64,000 nt of DNA, taken from the NCBI GenBank assembly GCA_046292385.1, contig JBKBRF010000002.1, forward strand, positions 107,643-171,642, read 5' to 3'. The DNA comes from Armatimonadota bacterium (GTDB lineage: Bacteria > Armatimonadota > SYMT01). Numbering within the stretch: the stretch's first letter is position 1; every line of letters begins with the position of its first letter. Positions 9,874 through 19,206 of the stretch are shown here, piece by piece. The notes beneath the pieces are model-generated. The model was not told the DNA's origin. It saw nothing but the letters and a program-made list of their open reading frames with translations, and searched no databases. Made by a program: the position numbers and the translations under genes.

Positions 9874-10323
9874 GTGAGGACGGTGGTGCAGCGGGTACTG
9901 GAGGCGCGGGTAGTGGTCGACGGCGAGACCGTCGGTCGCATCGGGCCCGGGCTGCTCGCCCTGGTGGGCGTTCGGGAGGACGACACCGCGGCGGACGTGC
10001 AGTACACCGCGGAGAAGATCGCGCACCTCCGCGTCTTCGATAACGACGAAGGGCGGCGCGACCTCAGCGCGCTCGACACCGGGGCGGAGATCCTGGTAGT
10101 GAGCCAGTTCACGCTCTACGGGGACGTGCGGAAAGGCCGTCGCCCGAGCTACTCCGAGGCAGCGCGCGGGGAGCAGGCCGAGGCGTTCTACGAGGAAGTC
10201 TGCGCGGCCCTGCGAAAGCTGAGCCTGACGGTGCAGACCGGCCGCTTCGGCGCCGACATGCGGGTGGAGATGGTGGGGCACGGTCCCGTCACGATCCTGC
10301 TCGACAGCCGGCGCGGCTTCTGA
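9874..10323 (+). CDS. dtd: D-aminoacyl-tRNA deacylase
   Basis: GTG start gives MRTVVQRV; motifs SQFTLYGD.RKGRRPS, FGADM.V and GPVTILLDS. Confidence 0.95.
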   Translation: MRTVVQRVLEARVVVDGETVGRIGPGLLALVGVREDDTAADVQYTAEKIAHLRVFDNDEGRRDLSALDTGAEILVVSQFTLYGDVRKGRRPSYSEAARGEQAEAFYEEVCAALRKLSLTVQTGRFGADMRVEMVGHGPVTILLDSRRGF

Positions 10324-10470
10324 CCGCGCGCCCACGCGCCGACAATCTCAGCGGAGACCCGCGGGCGGAGCGGCCCGGAACCTCCTTGACCCGATAGCGT
10401 GTCAATGATACTGTTCGCTCCCCCGGTCGAGCCGCCGGGGAGCTTGCGCCCGGTCAGAGTGGGAAGAAGT

Positions 10471-11343
10471 ATGTCCACCTCCGAAGAATTCAGACCGCAG
10501 GGCGGACGGAACGCCGTCGAAGGCGAAGAGCCGCCGAGCGCGGCAGGCTTCCGGGCGATGGGAGACGACCTCGCCGCGGAAGGCCGGCTGCAGGAGGCGA
10601 TCGAGCAGTACAAGCGGGCCGTCCGCGCGGAAGGGGACAACCCGGACCACCACGCGCGGCTGGGCGATGCCTACGTCTTCGCGGAGAACAGCGGCCAGGC
10701 GCTGGCGCACTACCGCCGCGCGCTGCAGTGCAATCCGAACCACGCCGACACCCACTTCTCCCTGGCAGAGGTCTACCGGCGCTTCGGCAAGATCAAGGGC
10801 GCGATCACCCTCTACCGCAAGGCGATCGACCTCGCGCCCCGCAACCCCTACTACCGCTACCGCCTCGCCACCGCCTTCAGCCAGCAGGGGAAGGTCGACT
10901 CCGCCATCCACGAGCTCCAGGAAGCGATCCGCCTGGCCCCGGAGGACGGCTTCTATCATTTCTGGCTCGGCGACCTCTACCTCGACCTCGACCGCACCGC
11001 GGAAGGAGTCCGCGAGCTGGAGCAGGCGGTGAGCCACTGCCCGTTCGACGACTACTACTGCGTCCGCCTCGGGATGGCGTACGGCATGGTGAACCGCAAC
11101 GACGACGCGGTGCCGCTCTTCCAGCGCGCCATCCGTCTCCGCCCGAACAACGCGTCGTACCACTACCTGCTAGCGGATGCCTTCGCGCGCATGGGCTACG
11201 CGCTGCGGGCGGCGATGCACTACGAGATCGCCGGCGACCTCGATCCGTACGACCGCCAGTACGTCACCCGCATGCGAGAGGGCTTCCTGAAAGGAAGCCG
11301 CCCCAGCCGGGAAGACTTCGGCCTCTCGCCGCTGGAAGACTGA
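10471..11343 (+). CDS. Tetratricopeptide repeat protein
   Basis: Several TPR units (e.g. HARLGDAY...ALAHYRRALQCNP and YRLATAF...AIHELQEAIRLAP). ATG at 10471. Confidence 0.9.
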   Translation: MSTSEEFRPQGGRNAVEGEEPPSAAGFRAMGDDLAAEGRLQEAIEQYKRAVRAEGDNPDHHARLGDAYVFAENSGQALAHYRRALQCNPNHADTHFSLAEVYRRFGKIKGAITLYRKAIDLAPRNPYYRYRLATAFSQQGKVDSAIHELQEAIRLAPEDGFYHFWLGDLYLDLDRTAEGVRELEQAVSHCPFDDYYCVRLGMAYGMVNRNDDAVPLFQRAIRLRPNNASYHYLLADAFARMGYALRAAMHYEIAGDLDPYDRQYVTRMREGFLKGSRPSREDFGLSPLED

Positions 11344-11358
11344 CCCCACTCTTCCGAG

Positions 11359-11409
11359 AAAAGACCGCCGGGGAGGAGCTGATCTCTCGCTCCTCCCCGG
11401 CGGTCTTTT
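11359..11409. terminator. Bidirectional intrinsic terminator
   Basis: AAAAGACCGCCGGGGAGGAGC-loop-GCTCCTCCCCGGCGGTCTTTT, lying between convergent genes. Confidence 0.85.
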
Positions 11410-11425
11410 GCTTCCGGCCCGGCGC

Positions 11426-12415
11426 CTACTTCGGTGCGGGCTCCGCGCCTCGCTCCGGTCTGCGCTCCGGCAGCTTGTAGTCCGGCGGCCGCTGGTCCGG
11501 TGGCAGCCAGCGCTGCGGGTTGTAGTCGAGCCCGTAGGCGTCCGCCATCCGATTGTAGAAGGCGAAGAGCGCGGTGATGAAGCTCGCCTCGAAGATCTGC
11601 TCGTCGTTCCAGCCGGACTTCCGCAGCCGCTCTACGTGCGCGTCGGTCACCTTCGCGGGCTCCAGGGTGAGCACCTTCACGTAATCGAGCAGCGCCCGCT
11701 CGCGCTCGGTGAGGTTCGCCGCCTCGGCGTCGCCCTGGCCGATCTTGTCTACGTCTTGTTGGTCTTGTCCCTGCAACTGCAGGTTATACGCGTGCGCGCC
11801 CACTCAAAACTTGCACCGGTTGAGCGCGGAGACGTAGGTCGCGATCATCTCCTTCGTGCGGCGGTCGAGCGCGGTATCGGGCCGGTGCGCCTTGCCGTGC
11901 AGCGTCTGGATCAGCCGCAGCCACTCCGGCCGCAGGCTGAAGGTGTGCATGATCCCGTTCTTCGGCTGCCGTCCCAGGATCTGCTCCACTTCGTCGTAGC
12001 GGGGATCGCCCGGCTCGGCCCAGTCGATCCGCATCACGCCCGCGGCTTGGCGGACCATGCCGGTGATGGCGGCCGCGGAGGAGGACCGGCCGACGAAGCG
12101 GCCGCGGCGGTCGTAGACCAGCGCCGTCGGCGTCTCCACGATGCCGTACTGCTTCGCCAGCGGCTCCGTACCGGACTTGAGGGGGATCTCCCGGAAGCCG
12201 ACTTTCGCCCCCGCCTGCTGCCGGAGCTCCTGGAGGAATCCCCGCTCCAGCGTGCTGGAGGGCTTCAGGAAGACGAAGACGGTCGGCCGCTCCGCCGCCA
12301 GGTGGCGGGTCAGCGGCGCCTCGCGCGCGGCGGAGAGCGGCGCAGCCGGCGAAGGCGGGCTTCCGCCCGGCGCGGCGAGCAGCGCCGCCAGCGGTAACGC
12401 GTGGAAGGGTGACAT
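11426..12415 (-). CDS. Predicted selenoprotein: Cys-less thioredoxin-like domain fused to an AhpD/CMD peroxidase-related domain with CxxU (Sec204, TGA at 11806-11804)
   Basis: ORFs 11804-12415 and 11426-11803 are in one frame and separated only by TGA. Joined, they give EMIATYVSALNRCKF-U-VGAH...LTERERALLDY...GWNDEQIFE...FYNRMADAYG, a complete AhpD-like domain with TGA at the second Cys. A hairpin follows. Confidence 0.85.
11770..11783 (-). promoter_or_regulatory. Candidate bacterial SECIS element
   Basis: On the minus strand CCUGC-AGUU-GCAGG; the loop starts 26 nt after the UGA, with G at loop position 2 followed by U. Confidence 0.65.
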
Positions 12416-12419
12416 CTCC

Positions 12420-13265
12420 TCAGTTCTCCTTGAACCAGGCCCGCGCCGCGGGGGCGAGGGTGCGCGACCATGCCACGCCGCTGGTGCTGCGGGTGCGCCA
12501 GGAGCTGCCGGGGCCCTTGAACCACTTCACGTGCCCGTCCGCCAGCAGGTAATTGGCCCCGCCGCTGTGGCGGTAGCGGGCGCCGCAGTAGTTCGCCGCC
12601 TGCCCGTTCGTCGGACCGGTAATCGGCGGGTAGCCGCTCTCCAGGCGGCTGCAGTCGGTGGTCCAGTCATCCCCGCCGGTGACATTGATCCAGCCCATGC
12701 CCTCTGCCGCCAGCACCACCTCCGCCGGGGCGTTGATGGTCGCCAGGCTGCTCGGCTTGCCGGGGAAATGGCCGAAGCTGGCGAAGCCGCGGTGCCACAT
12801 CGGGATCAGGTTGCCGTTCGCCATGTAGCTCATCGCCGGGGAGAAGTTCTGCGCCGGGAACGGTCCGGGCGCCGGCTCGCCGGGGAGCAGCGGGACCGAC
12901 CGGTTCTCCACGCTGGGACAGATCCAGAACGGAGCGTTGGCGCGCTGCGCGTTGACGCCGTTCTGGATCACGGCGCGGGCCCCGGCCCGGGCGTACGGCT
13001 CCACCAGGTCGTACCACATCTGGACCGGCTGCCCCGGCGGGTTGTAGGCGCCGAGCGGCAGCATCTCGTCGGCATCCTGCGCGTACATGATCACCGCCAT
13101 GCCGATCTGCTTCATGTTGCTGGTGCAGCTCGCCTGGCGCGCTTTCTCCCGGGCCTGCGCGAAGACCGGGAAGAGAATGGCCGCCAGGATAGCGATGATG
13201 GCGATCACTACGAGCAGCTCGATCAGGGTGAAGCCGCGGCGATAGGTGGGGAATGATTGAGACAT
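12420..13265 (-). CDS. DUF1559 prepilin-type N-terminal cleavage/methylation protein with H-X9-DG motif
   Basis: [36 protein letters not shown]-terminal [16 protein letters not shown]. Confidence 0.93.
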   Translation of the reverse strand: MSQSFPTYRRGFTLIELLVVIAIIAILAAILFPVFAQAREKARQASCTSNMKQIGMAVIMYAQDADEMLPLGAYNPPGQPVQMWYDLVEPYARAGARAVIQNGVNAQRANAPFWICPSVENRSVPLLPGEPAPGPFPAQNFSPAMSYMANGNLIPMWHRGFASFGHFPGKPSSLATINAPAEVVLAAEGMGWINVTGGDDWTTDCSRLESGYPPITGPTNGQAANYCGARYRHSGGANYLLADGHVKWFKGPGSSWRTRSTSGVAWSRTLAPAARAWFKEN

Positions 13266-13486
13266 AGTGCTCCCTACGAAACCTCTGCACGCTCCTCATC
13301 TGCGTGCCGCGGGCGGCAGCCTGGGGGCGAAAGGCTCCTTGCTGATCTAGCATGGAACGGTAGGACACACCGTTAGAAAGGACTAAGCCGCCGCGCCCCG
13401 CGCCGAACACACGGGGCAGGAGCGAGACGCTTCGGGACAGAAGCCTTCGTAGTCACGTCTGCGCCAGACCCTCCCTTCCTGCACTG

Positions 13487-13744
13487 ATGCCACCTTCCAA
13501 GCCGGCCGACGATCCGGCCAACGCCCGTCCCGCCCCCGGAGAGATCGTGCTCCACGAGGGGCTCACCCTGCTCGAGACCGACGACCCGGTGCTCCTGGTG
13601 GAGCTGCAGTCCGACAGCCGGGTCGCCGCCTCGATCGTTGCGCTGCTCTCGCCCTGCGCCGCGGTGGTGAAAGCCGGAGACGCCCCGGCCCTCGCCGAGC
13701 GCCTGCTCAAGACCGGGCACCTGCCGAAAGTGAGCGAGCTGTGA
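13487..13744 (+). CDS. Small hypothetical protein resembling the C-terminal module of the downstream helicase-associated protein
   Basis: 85 aa with GC-rich codon usage; its stop overlaps the next start (GTGA). The LLSP...AL..LL..G..PK pattern is shared with the downstream protein. Confidence 0.7.
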   Translation: MPPSKPADDPANARPAPGEIVLHEGLTLLETDDPVLLVELQSDSRVAASIVALLSPCAAVVKAGDAPALAERLLKTGHLPKVSEL

Positions 13745-16074
13745 GACTCGGCTCCCTGAGCGGCGAGATCTATCCGGGCGAGCCGATGCGCTTCGACGAA
13801 TTCCTCTCGCAGTTTTCCTCCGAAGAGCTCAAGCGGCTGGCGAAGCCTTTCGTCGGAACGGAAGCGTACCGGCTCAAAAAGGACGCAGCCCTGCGGGCGA
13901 TCCTCACCGCGCTGCAGAGCCCGGACGTCCTCCGCCGGCGGGCGGCGTCCCTTTCGGAGGGCGAGCGGTTCGCGCTCACCCTGGTGCGCCGGCGCGGCGG
14001 GAGCCTGCCGGCGGCGGAGCTGGCCGGCGCGATCTGCGGCTCCGGGCACACGGTGGAAGGCTCGCAGTATGACCGCGACTCCTGGACCTCTGCCCTGAAC
14101 GGGTTGACCGACCGGCTGCTGTTGATGAACGTGGGGCCCTACACAGGCGGGTACGGCTATTCGAGCTACTCGCTGGACGGAGGCCTCGGCGGGGTGGTCT
14201 CGTTCTCGGACGAGCGTCTGCTCCCCCTGGTGGAGCACACGCCCCCGAAGACGCTGGCGATCGAGCCGGCGCCGCAGCCGGAGGTGCGGGCGAGTCGCCG
14301 CCCGGCGGAAGTACTGCTGCTGATGACCGCCGTCATGGAGGCGATCGGGCGGATGGGGGGGCTCCCGCTCACCAAGAACGGCAAGCTCAGCCGTCCGGGC
14401 CTGCACCGCCTCACCAAGGCCCTGAAGGGGCGCGAGGAGTCGCCGCACCCGCTCGCGGTATCGCTCTCCTTTGACGAATTCCTCGCTTCGGAGTTCCTGA
14501 CGGAGCTACTCGGCTCGTCCGCGCTGCTGAGCTGCGACGTCGAGGCGATGCGGGTGCTGCCCGGTCCTGGAGCCTGGGAGTGGCTGGAGGCGCCGTTCGA
14601 GATGCAGGCGCTCCAGTGGGCGATGGGGTACCAGGTCCTCACCGGCTGGGCGGAGTTCCTGCCCAGGCACTACTATGACCGCCGCGAGCTGGATGTCTCC
14701 GGCAAGGTCAACGCGCTCCGAGCCGCCCTGCTGACGGGCCTCGCGGCGCTGCCGGACCCCGCCCGCTGGTACCGCTTCTCCGAGCTCGCCGCCGCGCTGG
14801 AAGGAAGGCTCAAGGGAAAGCTGTCGCTCATGGTGATTCCTTCGACCTACTTCTACGGGAGAACGGAAGCGGAGCGGCAGGCGTTCGAGACGAAGCGCCA
14901 GGAAGAGCTGCGGAAGAACTGGGTGCAGTCGGAGCAGGTCTGGCTGGAGCGGGCGCTCCGCGGACCGCTGTTCCACCTGGGGCTGGTCGAGCTCGGCGCT
15001 GCCGCGGAGAGTCCCGACGACCTCCTGTTCCGGCTCACCGATCCCGCCGCGTCCGGGCTGCGCTTCTTCTTCCACAACGTCCAGATCCAGGTCGCACCGC
15101 CGCCGTCCGGTGGCTGCTGGGTGGTGCAGCCGAACCTCGACGTCGTCGTCTACATGGACCGCGTCACGCCGGCGCGGCTGGCGTTCCTGGGACAGGTGGC
15201 GAAGACGGAGTCGGTCCAGCCGAATGCCGCCACCTACCGGCTCACCCGCGATTCGGTCTACTACGCGCTCGAGAGCGGCTTTTCCGCGGAGCAGCTGCTG
15301 GAGGGCCTGCGGGAGGGCTCCCAGGGACCGCTCTCCCCGGTGGTGGAGCGCACGCTGCGGGACTGGTCCGCCAAACGGGAGCGGATCCGGCTGCACACTT
15401 CCGCCCGCCTGCTCGAGTTCCCGGACACCGCGGCCCGGGACGCCGCGGCGGAGCGGCTGGGAAAGGCGGGCGCTCCGGTGGGAGAGCGCTTCCTCCGCCT
15501 GGAGGCGGAGACGCTGCCGAGGGAGCTGGCAGCGCGCGTGACGCAGCGGATCGACTACCGGCTGCCGCCCCCCACCTGCCTGGAAGTGGCGGAAGACGGC
15601 ACCGTCACCGCGCGCGGGTCGCTCGACCTCCCGGCGCGATCGCTGCTCCTGCGCTGGATGGAGCCGCTCCCGGACCGGGCCAACGCCTGGAGGCTGACCG
15701 AGGCGAGCGTCCGCGGCGCGGCGGCGGCAGGACTAAGCCCGGCCTCGCTCGAGACGGTGCTGACGGAGCGGACCGCCTCCGGCGAGATCCCGGGGATCCT
15801 CCGTGTCGCGGTGCGGGCGTGGGCCTCCGGGCGCCCGCTCGAGAAAGCGACTCTCGGGGAGGCGACGCTCTTCCTCATCCAGGAGAAGGCGCTGGCGGAG
15901 GCAGTGGAGGCGAGCGAGCGGCTGCGGGCCCTCCTCGGCGAGCAGCTCTCGCCTCGCGCGTACCTCGTCCCCGATGCCAACCTGGACGCCCTCCGCGCGC
16001 TGCTGGCGGAGCTCGGCATCCAACCGAAGGAGCCCGTTCCCAGGGCGCCGCGATCCCGAAAGAAGGGCGCGTAG
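13741..16074 (+). CDS. Helicase-associated domain protein (Helicase_C_3 / XPB N-terminal-like), no ATPase motifs
   Basis: WVVQPNLDVVV...YRLTRDSVYYALESGFSAEQLL...VERTLRDW, plus a second copy WRLTEASVRGAAAAGLS. Alternative start ATG at 13786. Confidence 0.82.
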   Translation: MRLGSLSGEIYPGEPMRFDEFLSQFSSEELKRLAKPFVGTEAYRLKKDAALRAILTALQSPDVLRRRAASLSEGERFALTLVRRRGGSLPAAELAGAICGSGHTVEGSQYDRDSWTSALNGLTDRLLLMNVGPYTGGYGYSSYSLDGGLGGVVSFSDERLLPLVEHTPPKTLAIEPAPQPEVRASRRPAEVLLLMTAVMEAIGRMGGLPLTKNGKLSRPGLHRLTKALKGREESPHPLAVSLSFDEFLASEFLTELLGSSALLSCDVEAMRVLPGPGAWEWLEAPFEMQALQWAMGYQVLTGWAEFLPRHYYDRRELDVSGKVNALRAALLTGLAALPDPARWYRFSELAAALEGRLKGKLSLMVIPSTYFYGRTEAERQAFETKRQEELRKNWVQSEQVWLERALRGPLFHLGLVELGAAAESPDDLLFRLTDPAASGLRFFFHNVQIQVAPPPSGGCWVVQPNLDVVVYMDRVTPARLAFLGQVAKTESVQPNAATYRLTRDSVYYALESGFSAEQLLEGLREGSQGPLSPVVERTLRDWSAKRERIRLHTSARLLEFPDTAARDAAAERLGKAGAPVGERFLRLEAETLPRELAARVTQRIDYRLPPPTCLEVAEDGTVTARGSLDLPARSLLLRWMEPLPDRANAWRLTEASVRGAAAAGLSPASLETVLTERTASGEIPGILRVAVRAWASGRPLEKATLGEATLFLIQEKALAEAVEASERLRALLGEQLSPRAYLVPDANLDALRALLAELGIQPKEPVPRAPRSRKKGA

Positions 16075-16156
16075 CGCAGCGGGGGCAGGAGGCCGGGCTC
16101 CGGCGGGCGAATTCTGGCCCGGGAGCCGCGATGGTGCGGCCGGAGCGAGAGGTTTT

Positions 16157-17740
16157 ATGCGTCGTCTCATCAGTGCGCTGGCCGTTACCGCGAGCCTGGC
16201 GATCGGGGTTGTTTCCGCGGCGGAGGCCGGACGGTCCACGGGTCCGCACCGCATCTCGCGGGCGGAGCTGGAGGACCGGGTCCGGGGCGGCTGGGCGGGC
16301 CAGATGATCGGGGTCTCGTTCGGGGCGCCGACCGAGTTCCACTACCTCGGCCGCACGATTGAAGGCGAGCTGTCGTGGTCGCCCGACCGCGTCACCAACG
16401 CGATCCAGCAGGACGACCTCTACGTGGAGATGACCTTCGCGGAGGTGATGGACCGGATCGGACTCGACGCCACCACGGAGCAGTACGGCGAGGCGTTCAA
16501 GAATTCGAAGTACAACCTCTGGCACGCCAACGCCGGGGCCCGCCGGCTGCTGAACCAGGGGATCAAGGCGCCCTGGTCCGGCCACCCGAAGTACAACATC
16601 CACGCCAACGACATCGACTTCCAGATCGAGGCCGACTTCATCGGGCTGATGACCCCCGGGCTGCCGCGGGAGTCGAACAAGTACTGCGACCGGGTCGGCC
16701 GGGTGATGAACTACGGCGACGGCCTCTACGGCGGGATGTTCGTCTGCGGGATGTACGCGGTCGGCTACTTCGAGACCGACGTCCGCCGGGTGGTGGAGCA
16801 GGGAGTCGCCTGCCTGCCGCGGGAGAGCGGCTACGCCCAGATCATCCGGGACGTGCTGCAGTGGTCGCGCGAGCATCCGGACGACTGGCGTAAGACCTGG
16901 CAGCTCGTGCAGGACAAGTGGGACCGGGACGACTCCTGCACCGGCGGCGCCCTGCAGCCGTTCAACATCGACGCCCGCCTGAACGGCGCCTACATCGCCA
17001 TCGGGATTCTCTACGGGAACGGCGACTGGGAGAAGACGCTGGAGATCACCACCCGCTGCGGCCAGGACTCCGACTGCAACCCGGCCAGCGCGCTGGGGGT
17101 GCTCGGCGTGATGCGCGGCTACCGGGCAATCCCGGAGAAGTGGAAGTCCGGCATCCCGGCGATCGCCGACAAGAAGTTCGACTTCACCGACTACTCTCTG
17201 AACGAGATCGTCCGCTCCACCATGGACCGCGCGCTGAAGATCATCCGCGCCGCCGGCGGGAGCGTCACGGAGGCGGAGGTCACCGTTCCCCGTCAGAGCC
17301 CGAAGGCGCCGAAGCTGGAGCAGTGGAGCATGGGCGTGCCGCAGCGGATGGTGCCCGGGGCGGATGCGGCCTGGAACTGGCAGGGACCGTGGGAGGCGAA
17401 GAAGGGTGCCCTGGAGTTCCGCACGCAGGCGGAGGGCCGCGTTGCCACCCGGGCCGGCGCGGAGGGGACGCTCACCTTCGAGGGAACCGGTGTGGTGCTG
17501 GTGGGGCCGCACTCCCCCGCGGGAGGCCGCGCCGATGTGTGGGTCGACGGCAAGAAGGCGGGGATGATCGACTTCTACATCGTCCCCCGCACCACCGACG
17601 ACTCGCTCTGGCACGTCTACGGCCTGAAGCCGGGCCGCCACACCGTGCGGCTCGTCACCCGGGACGACGCCGACCCCCGCTCCACCGGCCGCGAGTGCTT
17701 CGTCCTCGGCGCCCTCACCTACGGCCCGGAGCGGAAGTAG
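16157..17740 (+). CDS. Secreted ADP-ribosylglycohydrolase family protein with C-terminal beta domain
   Basis: Signal peptide MRRLISALAV; motifs GGWAGQMIGV..G.P.E, QDDLYVE and CGQDSDCNPAS. Confidence 0.85.
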   Translation: MRRLISALAVTASLAIGVVSAAEAGRSTGPHRISRAELEDRVRGGWAGQMIGVSFGAPTEFHYLGRTIEGELSWSPDRVTNAIQQDDLYVEMTFAEVMDRIGLDATTEQYGEAFKNSKYNLWHANAGARRLLNQGIKAPWSGHPKYNIHANDIDFQIEADFIGLMTPGLPRESNKYCDRVGRVMNYGDGLYGGMFVCGMYAVGYFETDVRRVVEQGVACLPRESGYAQIIRDVLQWSREHPDDWRKTWQLVQDKWDRDDSCTGGALQPFNIDARLNGAYIAIGILYGNGDWEKTLEITTRCGQDSDCNPASALGVLGVMRGYRAIPEKWKSGIPAIADKKFDFTDYSLNEIVRSTMDRALKIIRAAGGSVTEAEVTVPRQSPKAPKLEQWSMGVPQRMVPGADAAWNWQGPWEAKKGALEFRTQAEGRVATRAGAEGTLTFEGTGVVLVGPHSPAGGRADVWVDGKKAGMIDFYIVPRTTDDSLWHVYGLKPGRHTVRLVTRDDADPRSTGRECFVLGALTYGPERK

Positions 17741-17895
17741 GCACATGCGGTGCGGAGTAAACTCCGCGCGTTGGCTCCGCCGGCAGTCAACTGCCGGCGA
17801 TCCCGGTCTCGCGTGGCGGACTCATCGGCGGGAGGGATTCCGAACCTGCAACATGCAACCTGCTAACCTGAGAACCGGACGCTGAAGTCGACCGC

Positions 17896-19206
17896 ATGGA
17901 GCCCACTACCGCCGGCCCCGAGCGCGAGACGTTCGACTACACCCCGGAAGAGCACGCCGCCGCCTCGACCGGGGACTACGTCTTTCACCAGCTCATCCCG
18001 TACATCGGGAACAAGCGGAAGCTGCTGGGCCTGATCGGCGAGGCGCTGGCGCGGACCGGGGGCACGCGGGAGGGCACTTTCCTCGACCTCTTTGCCGGCA
18101 GCGGGGTCGTCTCCCGCATGGCGAAGCGGCTGGGGTACCGCGTGCTGGCGAACGACTGGGAGCCGTACGCCCTGGAGCTCAACCGCTGCGCCGTGGAGTG
18201 CAGCACCCCGCCGCCGTTCACCGCCCTCGGCGGCTACCAGGCGGCGATCCAAACGCTCAACACCCTCCCGCCGGCGGAGGGGTGGGTCACGCGGCATCTC
18301 TGCCCCCGCGACGACCGCGCCTGCGACCCGCGCGTGGAGCGGATGTTCTACACCCGCGCCAACGGGATGCGCCTCGACGCCATGCGGGAGCAGGTGGCGC
18401 AGTGGGAGCGGGACGGCCTCCTGGATCCGGCCGAGCGGGCCTGCCTGCTGGCGCCGATGCTCTACCAGGCGAGCTACACCAGCAACACCAGCGGCGTCTT
18501 CAAGGGCTTCCATCACGGCTGGGGCGGCCAGACCGGCACCGCGCTCTACCGCATCCTCTCCCGCCTCACACTGCGCCCCGCCCTCTTCCACGAGAACGGC
18601 CGGGAGAACCGGGTCTATCGGACGGATGCGACGGCGCTGGCGCGGAAGCTGCGGGAAGAGCGGGTGGAGGTTGACGTCGCCTACCTGGACCCGCCGTACA
18701 ACCAGCACCCGTACGGCAGCAACTACCACGTGTTGAACACGGTGGCGCTCTGGGATCACCCGTCCCTCTCGGAGCGGATCGAGGGTCGGAACAAGGCCGG
18801 CATCCGGCTCGACTGGCGCACCGAGCGGCGCAGCGCCTACAACCACCGCGGCGACGCGGAGCGGGCCTACCGGGAGCTGCTGGGCGAGCTGGAGGCGCGC
18901 TGGATCCTGACCAGCTACAGCACCGACGGCATGATCCCGCTGCCGAAGCTGCTCGCCGCCTGCCTGGAGCGCGGGCGGACCGAGGTGGTGCTGCGCCGCT
19001 ACAAGCGCTACCGGGTCAGCACCCAGCGCTACTCCCGCAAGCCGCTCAACATCGAGCTGGTGGCCGTCATCGACACCCGCCGCCCCCACCGCGGCCCCTC
19101 CGCGGAAGAGCTTTGCACCCAGATCCGCCGCGAAGAGGCCGCGGCCTTGAGCGAGCACGCGGGGAGTCCGAACGTGGAAGAATCCGAACGTGTAAAAAGG
19201 GGATAG
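17896..19206 (+). CDS. N6-adenine DNA methyltransferase (D12/FokI-like), orphan
   Basis: YIGNKRKL, motif I FLDLFAGSG and motif IV YLDPPYN. Confidence 0.9.
   Translation: MEPTTAGPERETFDYTPEEHAAASTGDYVFHQLIPYIGNKRKLLGLIGEALARTGGTREGTFLDLFAGSGVVSRMAKRLGYRVLANDWEPYALELNRCAVECSTPPPFTALGGYQAAIQTLNTLPPAEGWVTRHLCPRDDRACDPRVERMFYTRANGMRLDAMREQVAQWERDGLLDPAERACLLAPMLYQASYTSNTSGVFKGFHHGWGGQTGTALYRILSRLTLRPALFHENGRENRVYRTDATALARKLREERVEVDVAYLDPPYNQHPYGSNYHVLNTVALWDHPSLSERIEGRNKAGIRLDWRTERRSAYNHRGDAERAYRELLGELEARWILTSYSTDGMIPLPKLLAACLERGRTEVVLRRYKRYRVSTQRYSRKPLNIELVAVIDTRRPHRGPSAEELCTQIRREEAAALSEHAGSPNVEESERVKRG

Noticed and set aside
11426..11803. Separate 125-aa gene or nonsense pseudogene
   Set aside because: There is no SD before the GTG, the TGA falls exactly on the catalytic Cys column, both halves look intact and a SECIS-like hairpin follows. 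Sec readthrough explains this better.
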